Source: an uncultured Candidatus Saccharibacteria bacterium (GTDB lineage: Bacteria; Patescibacteriota; Minisyncoccia; Phycocordibacterales; UBA9973). From it: 64,000 nucleotides of DNA. The stretch spans positions 12,435 to 76,434 of the forward strand of contig CAYIBP010000002.1 of the NCBI GenBank assembly GCA_964361705.1, read 5' to 3'. Below are positions 59,606 through 64,000 of this stretch, piece by piece. Position 1 is the first letter of the stretch; each line of letters begins with the position of its first letter. The notes under the pieces were generated by a model. It had not been told where the DNA came from. It searched no databases and worked only from the letters and a program-made list of their open reading frames with translations. The position numbers and the translations under genes are program-made.

Positions 59606-60595
59606 TTAAATCAAAAATTCTATTACATCTCCATCTTTTACCACATATTCTTTCCCTTCTGTGCGCACTAAGCCCTTTGCGCGAGCGTTGGCGTATGATC
59701 CAGAGTCCAGCAAATCTTTCCAATTTATAACTTCAGCTCTGATGAATTTTTCTTTAAAATCATTGTGTATAGCGCGACCCGCCTCCGGCGCGGTAGAGTG
59801 TTTTTTTATAGTCCAAGCACGTGTTTCATCTTCACCTGTTGTGAAAAATGTTTCTAGCCCTAGAAGTTCATAACTCTTTTTTATCAAATCATCAAATCCT
59901 TTTTCAAAAACAGGATCTATTTTGACAGATAAACCCGGTAGGTCTATGTCTTTATTTTCATTTGCTTCTGACACATTTAGCACATAAAGCATGGGTTTAA
60001 AGGTGAGTAAATTCAGAGATTTTATTTTTGCTTTTTCTTCGAGAGATAATTCTGATTCACTTGCCATTTTTCCTGCTTCAAGACTTTTCATTACTTTTTG
60101 TAAAACAAGATCTTCTGCTACTGCTTCTTTATCACCCTTTTTTACATCACGTACCAGACCAGCCAATCTCTTTGAAACGACTTCCATATCAGCCAAAATA
60201 AGTTCAAGATTTATAACACCGACATCTTGCAGGGGGTCAACTTTATTTGCCACATGTATCACAGAATTATCTTCAAAAGTTCGCACCATATGCGCTATAG
60301 CATCCACTTCTCGAATATTAGTCAAAAATTTATTACCCAAACCTTCGCCTTTTGAAGCCCCAGCTACGAGTCCGGCTATATCCACAAATTCTATTACTGC
60401 TGGTATAGTTTTTGCTGATTTTGAAAATTCTGAAAGTTTATTTACCCGCTCGTCTGGCACAGGCACGATACCCACAGATGGATCAATGGTACAAAAAGGA
60501 TAGTTCTCTGCTGGAACGCTCTTTTTCGTTAGGGCATTAAAAAGCGTGGATTTACCCACGTTTGGTAGACCTACTATTCCGATACTTAAAGACAT
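59606..60595 (-). CDS. ychF: Redox-regulated ATPase YchF
   Basis: GLPNVGKS, NYPFCTI, DIAGLV, TGS domain. Confidence 0.96.
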   Translation of the reverse strand: MSLSIGIVGLPNVGKSTLFNALTKKSVPAENYPFCTIDPSVGIVPVPDERVNKLSEFSKSAKTIPAVIEFVDIAGLVAGASKGEGLGNKFLTNIREVDAIAHMVRTFEDNSVIHVANKVDPLQDVGVINLELILADMEVVSKRLAGLVRDVKKGDKEAVAEDLVLQKVMKSLEAGKMASESELSLEEKAKIKSLNLLTFKPMLYVLNVSEANENKDIDLPGLSVKIDPVFEKGFDDLIKKSYELLGLETFFTTGEDETRAWTIKKHSTAPEAGRAIHNDFKEKFIRAEVINWKDLLDSGSYANARAKGLVRTEGKEYVVKDGDVIEFLI

Positions 60596-60637
60596 GGGAA
60601 TAATATAGCAAAACAATATAAAAAAGTCATCTTGACT

Positions 60638-62002
60638 TTACTTTAACGCTGTTAATTTTGAAGCCAAACCTATATAATTCTCGGGTGTTATATTTTTCAA
60701 TTCTTTTTTTACCTTCTCTGAAACTTCAAGAGAATCTACAAATTTATAAATATCTTCTAGTGTGAGTTTTCTGCCACGAGACAATTCTTTCAATTTTTCA
60801 TAAGGCATTTCCGCACCTTCTCGTCGCAATATGGTCTGGATGGCTTCGGTTATGACTTCTGGACGTGATGTTAAGTATTCTTTTATCTTTATTTCATTCA
60901 CGGAAATCTTGCCCAAACCTTTTAATATAGAAACATATGCAAGAAAAGCGTGTCCAAATGCCATGCCAAATGTACGCTCTACCGTAGAATCAGAGAGATC
61001 GCGTTGAAGTCGCGACACCGGAAGCTTACGAGCAAAAAATTCAAATAAGGCGTTTGCGATACCTAGATTGCCTTCGCTATTTTCAAAATCAATCGGATTT
61101 ATTTTATGTGGCATTGTAGAAGATCCAACCTCGCCTTGTTTTGGTTTTTGGATTACCCAATCATCAGAAATATATCTCCACATATCTTGATCGAAATCGA
61201 GCAGTATGTTATTTGTGCGTTTCATCGAATCGAAGATTCTGACATAACTATCATGGCATTCTATCTGGGTAGTGACAAGATTTATTTCTAGTTTCTGTAT
61301 TCTGTCTTTATTTAAAGTTTCAATAAATCTTTTACTAAAATCAACCCAGTTTACTTTTGGATAAGCTACACTGTGTGCGTTGTAGTTGCCCGTGGCTCCG
61401 TTTAACTTTGATTTTATTTTAATACTTTTTAGATTTGCGAGCTCGTCTTCCAAACGTACAGCAAAAACTTTCATTTCCTTGCCAAACGTAGTGGGTGATG
61501 CGGGTTGTCCGTGTGTTCTAGCAAGCATTGGCAAATCTTTATATTTTTTGACCAAAATATTTAGTTCAGAAATTATTTTTTTTATTTCTGGAATCATGAC
61601 TTCTTCTAAGGAAGATGAGAGCATCAGAGCGTAAGCAATATTGTTTGTATCCTCAGAAGTCAGAGCAAAATGCGCCCATTCAACAACATCTTTCAAAGAG
61701 GTTTTACCTAGTTTTTCTTTTATGAAATATTCTACTGACTTTACATCGTGATTCGTGGTCGCCTCAAAGTTTTTTATGGCAGTGTATGAATTATCATTAA
61801 ACTTTTCATACAAATCAAAAAGCATTTGCTCTTCTTTTTTGGTAAATTTTCTAAGATTTATTTTAGGTTCTTTTGATAATGCCACAAGATACGCGCACTC
61901 CATCATCACTCTGTATCTCATCAACGCTTGTTCGGAAAAATACTCGGCTAAAACCTTTGTCTTTTCCCTATATCTCCCATCCAAAGGACTTATAGCTTGC
62001 AT
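60638..62002 (-). CDS. purB: Adenylosuccinate lyase
   Basis: ISPLDGRY, ARTHGQ, GSSTMPHKINP. Confidence 0.96.
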   Translation of the reverse strand: MQAISPLDGRYREKTKVLAEYFSEQALMRYRVMMECAYLVALSKEPKINLRKFTKKEEQMLFDLYEKFNDNSYTAIKNFEATTNHDVKSVEYFIKEKLGKTSLKDVVEWAHFALTSEDTNNIAYALMLSSSLEEVMIPEIKKIISELNILVKKYKDLPMLARTHGQPASPTTFGKEMKVFAVRLEDELANLKSIKIKSKLNGATGNYNAHSVAYPKVNWVDFSKRFIETLNKDRIQKLEINLVTTQIECHDSYVRIFDSMKRTNNILLDFDQDMWRYISDDWVIQKPKQGEVGSSTMPHKINPIDFENSEGNLGIANALFEFFARKLPVSRLQRDLSDSTVERTFGMAFGHAFLAYVSILKGLGKISVNEIKIKEYLTSRPEVITEAIQTILRREGAEMPYEKLKELSRGRKLTLEDIYKFVDSLEVSEKVKKELKNITPENYIGLASKLTALK

Positions 62003-62961
62003 TATATTTTTGCTAAATTATTTTTAATACGCTCTGCTGTACTTTGCGAAAAATCATGCTCAAACTTTTTTCCTGTAATCGTCTCATAAATCTCTATATA
62101 CCGACGAGAAAGCTCGGCTACTAAATCAACTGGCGCTTTAGGTAAGACTTCGTCTTTATAAGGATCACAATGTTCTTTGAACCATAGACGCAAAAATTCT
62201 TTATCAAAATATTCTGGCTCTTCTCCGCGAGAAAAACGTTCCTCGTAAGTATCAGCTTTCCAGTACCGCGAAGAATCCGGTGTATGGATCTCGTCTATTA
62301 GCGTAAGTTTGTTTTCTTCATCTAACCCGAATTCATATTTAGTATCTACTAGTATGAGTCCTCGTTCTTTTGCAATCTCTTGCCCCTTTTTAAACAATGC
62401 CTTAGCAACTCTCTCCAACTCTAAAGCCATTTCTTCTGGGAGTATTTTTTCTTCTACGATTCCCTTGGGTGTTATCGGTCTATCATGTTCATCTGATTTA
62501 GTGGTAGGAGTAAAGACGGGTTCTAAGAGTTTTTGATTTTTCTTCATATCATCTGGAAGTATAAAATTGCCAAAATCACGTTTTCCTTCTTTGTAATGTG
62601 TCCAAAGCGATGTAGAAGTAACTCCAGTGATGTATCCCCTCATCACACACTCGATAGGTATGGGCTTACATTTTTTGGCAACGAGTACATTTGGATCAGG
62701 GGAACTTAAAACATGATTTTTGACGATGTCTTTTGTTTTGTCAAACCAAAACAAACTGATTTGGTTTAATATCTCTCCCTTAAAAGGTACATTGGCAATG
62801 TTTCTATCAAATGAAGAGTGCCTGTCTGTTGAGATCAAAGTTATATGATCCGGTGCTGTATACACATCGCGAACCTTGCCCACTTTTTTCTCGCCAAGAT
62901 TTGGAAAATCCGTTTCTATAACTACATCATTTATATGTTCTTTTATTTTTTCTATGTTCAT
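62002..62961 (-). CDS. purC: SAICAR synthase
   Basis: GKVRDVY, LVDTKYEFG, DEIHTPDSSR. Confidence 0.95.
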   Translation of the reverse strand: MNIEKIKEHINDVVIETDFPNLGEKKVGKVRDVYTAPDHITLISTDRHSSFDRNIANVPFKGEILNQISLFWFDKTKDIVKNHVLSSPDPNVLVAKKCKPIPIECVMRGYITGVTSTSLWTHYKEGKRDFGNFILPDDMKKNQKLLEPVFTPTTKSDEHDRPITPKGIVEEKILPEEMALELERVAKALFKKGQEIAKERGLILVDTKYEFGLDEENKLTLIDEIHTPDSSRYWKADTYEERFSRGEEPEYFDKEFLRLWFKEHCDPYKDEVLPKAPVDLVAELSRRYIEIYETITGKKFEHDFSQSTAERIKNNLAKI

Positions 62962-62967
62962 ATAATT

Positions 62968-64000
62968 TTATTTTAAAATTACTTTTTTATTACCATTTAC
63001 TACTTGACCTATTTCAAAAACTTTGTATTCTAGATATTTGTTTAAAACTTGAAACACTTTTTCTTTTTCGCTTGTTGGGAGAATCAAAATCAATCCTATG
63101 CCCATATTGAAAACGCGAAACATCTCCTTTTCTCCAACATTACCAAGTTTTTGCAAATAAGAAAACAGAGGTAACACAGGCCAAGTGCCTGTATTGATAA
63201 TCGCATCTAAGTTGCCAGGCAAAACTCTGGGAATGTTCTCAATCAAACCACCACCTGTAATATGAACTATGCCACGAATATCTATACCACCATCTAGCAT
63301 TTCCAAAACTGGTTTAGAATAATTTATATGTACTTTCAAAAGAGCCTCTCCAACAGTCATACCTAAATCAAAAACATTTGTATCTACTTTGTGTCCTGCT
63401 ACTTCAAACAGCAATTTCCTAGCCAAAGAAAAACCATTCGTGTGTAATCCGCTAGAAGCGAAACCTAAAACCACATCGCCTTCCTTTATCTTTTCTCCCG
63501 TGATTATTTTTTCTCTTTCAACTACACCAGTAATAGAGCCGGCAATGTCATGTTCGCCTTCTCTATAAACTCCGGGCATTTCGGCGGTCTCTCCACCGAC
63601 GAGGGCGATGTTGTTTTCTCGGCAAGCTTTTGACATACCGTAAACCATAGCTTGCATAACCTCGGGCACGAGCTTGTCGTGAGCTACATAATCCAAGAAA
63701 GTTAGTGACCTCGCTCCCATTGACAAAAGATCATTTGCGCAGTGATTCACTATATCTTCTCCGACAGTGTCATATTTATTCATCATCTTTGCCACAGAGA
63801 GTTTAGTGCCAACACCATCTATACTCTGCACTAAGACAGGATTTTTGTAGTTCTTTAATGCTTCACCTATATCATACAAACCTCCAAAACTGCCAATACC
63901 TGTGAGCACAAAAGAATTGTGAGTACTCGCAACATCAGATTTGATTCGGTCCACAGATTCATTGCCAGCATCTATGTCCACACCAGATTGTTTGTATAAA
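62968..64000 (-). CDS. purM: AIR synthase (start just outside the window)
   Basis: YKQSGVDIDAG, DGVGTK, GGETAEMP, HITGGG, FNMGIG. Confidence 0.96.
   Translation of the reverse strand, partial: LYKQSGVDIDAGNESVDRIKSDVASTHNSFVLTGIGSFGGLYDIGEALKNYKNPVLVQSIDGVGTKLSVAKMMNKYDTVGEDIVNHCANDLLSMGARSLTFLDYVAHDKLVPEVMQAMVYGMSKACRENNIALVGGETAEMPGVYREGEHDIAGSITGVVEREKIITGEKIKEGDVVLGFASSGLHTNGFSLARKLLFEVAGHKVDTNVFDLGMTVGEALLKVHINYSKPVLEMLDGGIDIRGIVHITGGGLIENIPRVLPGNLDAIINTGTWPVLPLFSYLQKLGNVGEKEMFRVFNMGIGLILILPTSEKEKVFQVLNKYLEYKVFEIGQVVNGNKKVILK

Noticed and set aside
1-64000. CRISPR array, cas genes or rRNA
   Set aside because: No regularly spaced repeats, cas-like ORFs or rRNA-like stretches were seen.
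1-64000. Genetic code 25 (TGA = Gly)
   Set aside because: Core genes are intact under code 11 and several end in TGA (e.g. trxB, msrA, murJ).

Overview
AT-rich, gene-dense chromosome segment typical of a CPR/Patescibacteria (Parcubacteria, probably Nomurabacteria-like) genome using the standard code. Taxonomy is inferred from gene content and style only. Most of it is housekeeping: rplY, fba, gatB, obgE, rmuC, the mraZ-rsmH-ftsL-ftsI-murF block, lysS, greA, rpsU, ybeY, ftsA/Z, trxB, valS, lepA, murJ, leuS, ychF, purB/C/M and seven tRNAs. The main accessory feature is an ~8.7-kb island inserted at the 3' end of tRNA-Glu(CTC), bounded by a 7-bp TCACCAA repeat. Its large serine recombinase appears split by its own attachment site: integrated, it ends in 11 residues read from the antisense tRNA, whereas excision would fuse it in frame to a 38-codon tail at the far end of the island. 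The island also carries a TerS-like gene, a C5 methyltransferase plus GHKL-ATPase/nuclease pair and a candidate multi-stem RNA. Other signals are tRNA-end-duplicating elements (one encoding an HTH/LAGLIDADG-like protein, others non-coding hairpins sharing an A-CTGC-T loop), a two-copy intergenic hairpin motif, a frameshifted acyltransferase, a NUDIX insert in LeuRS and widespread leaderless promoters.
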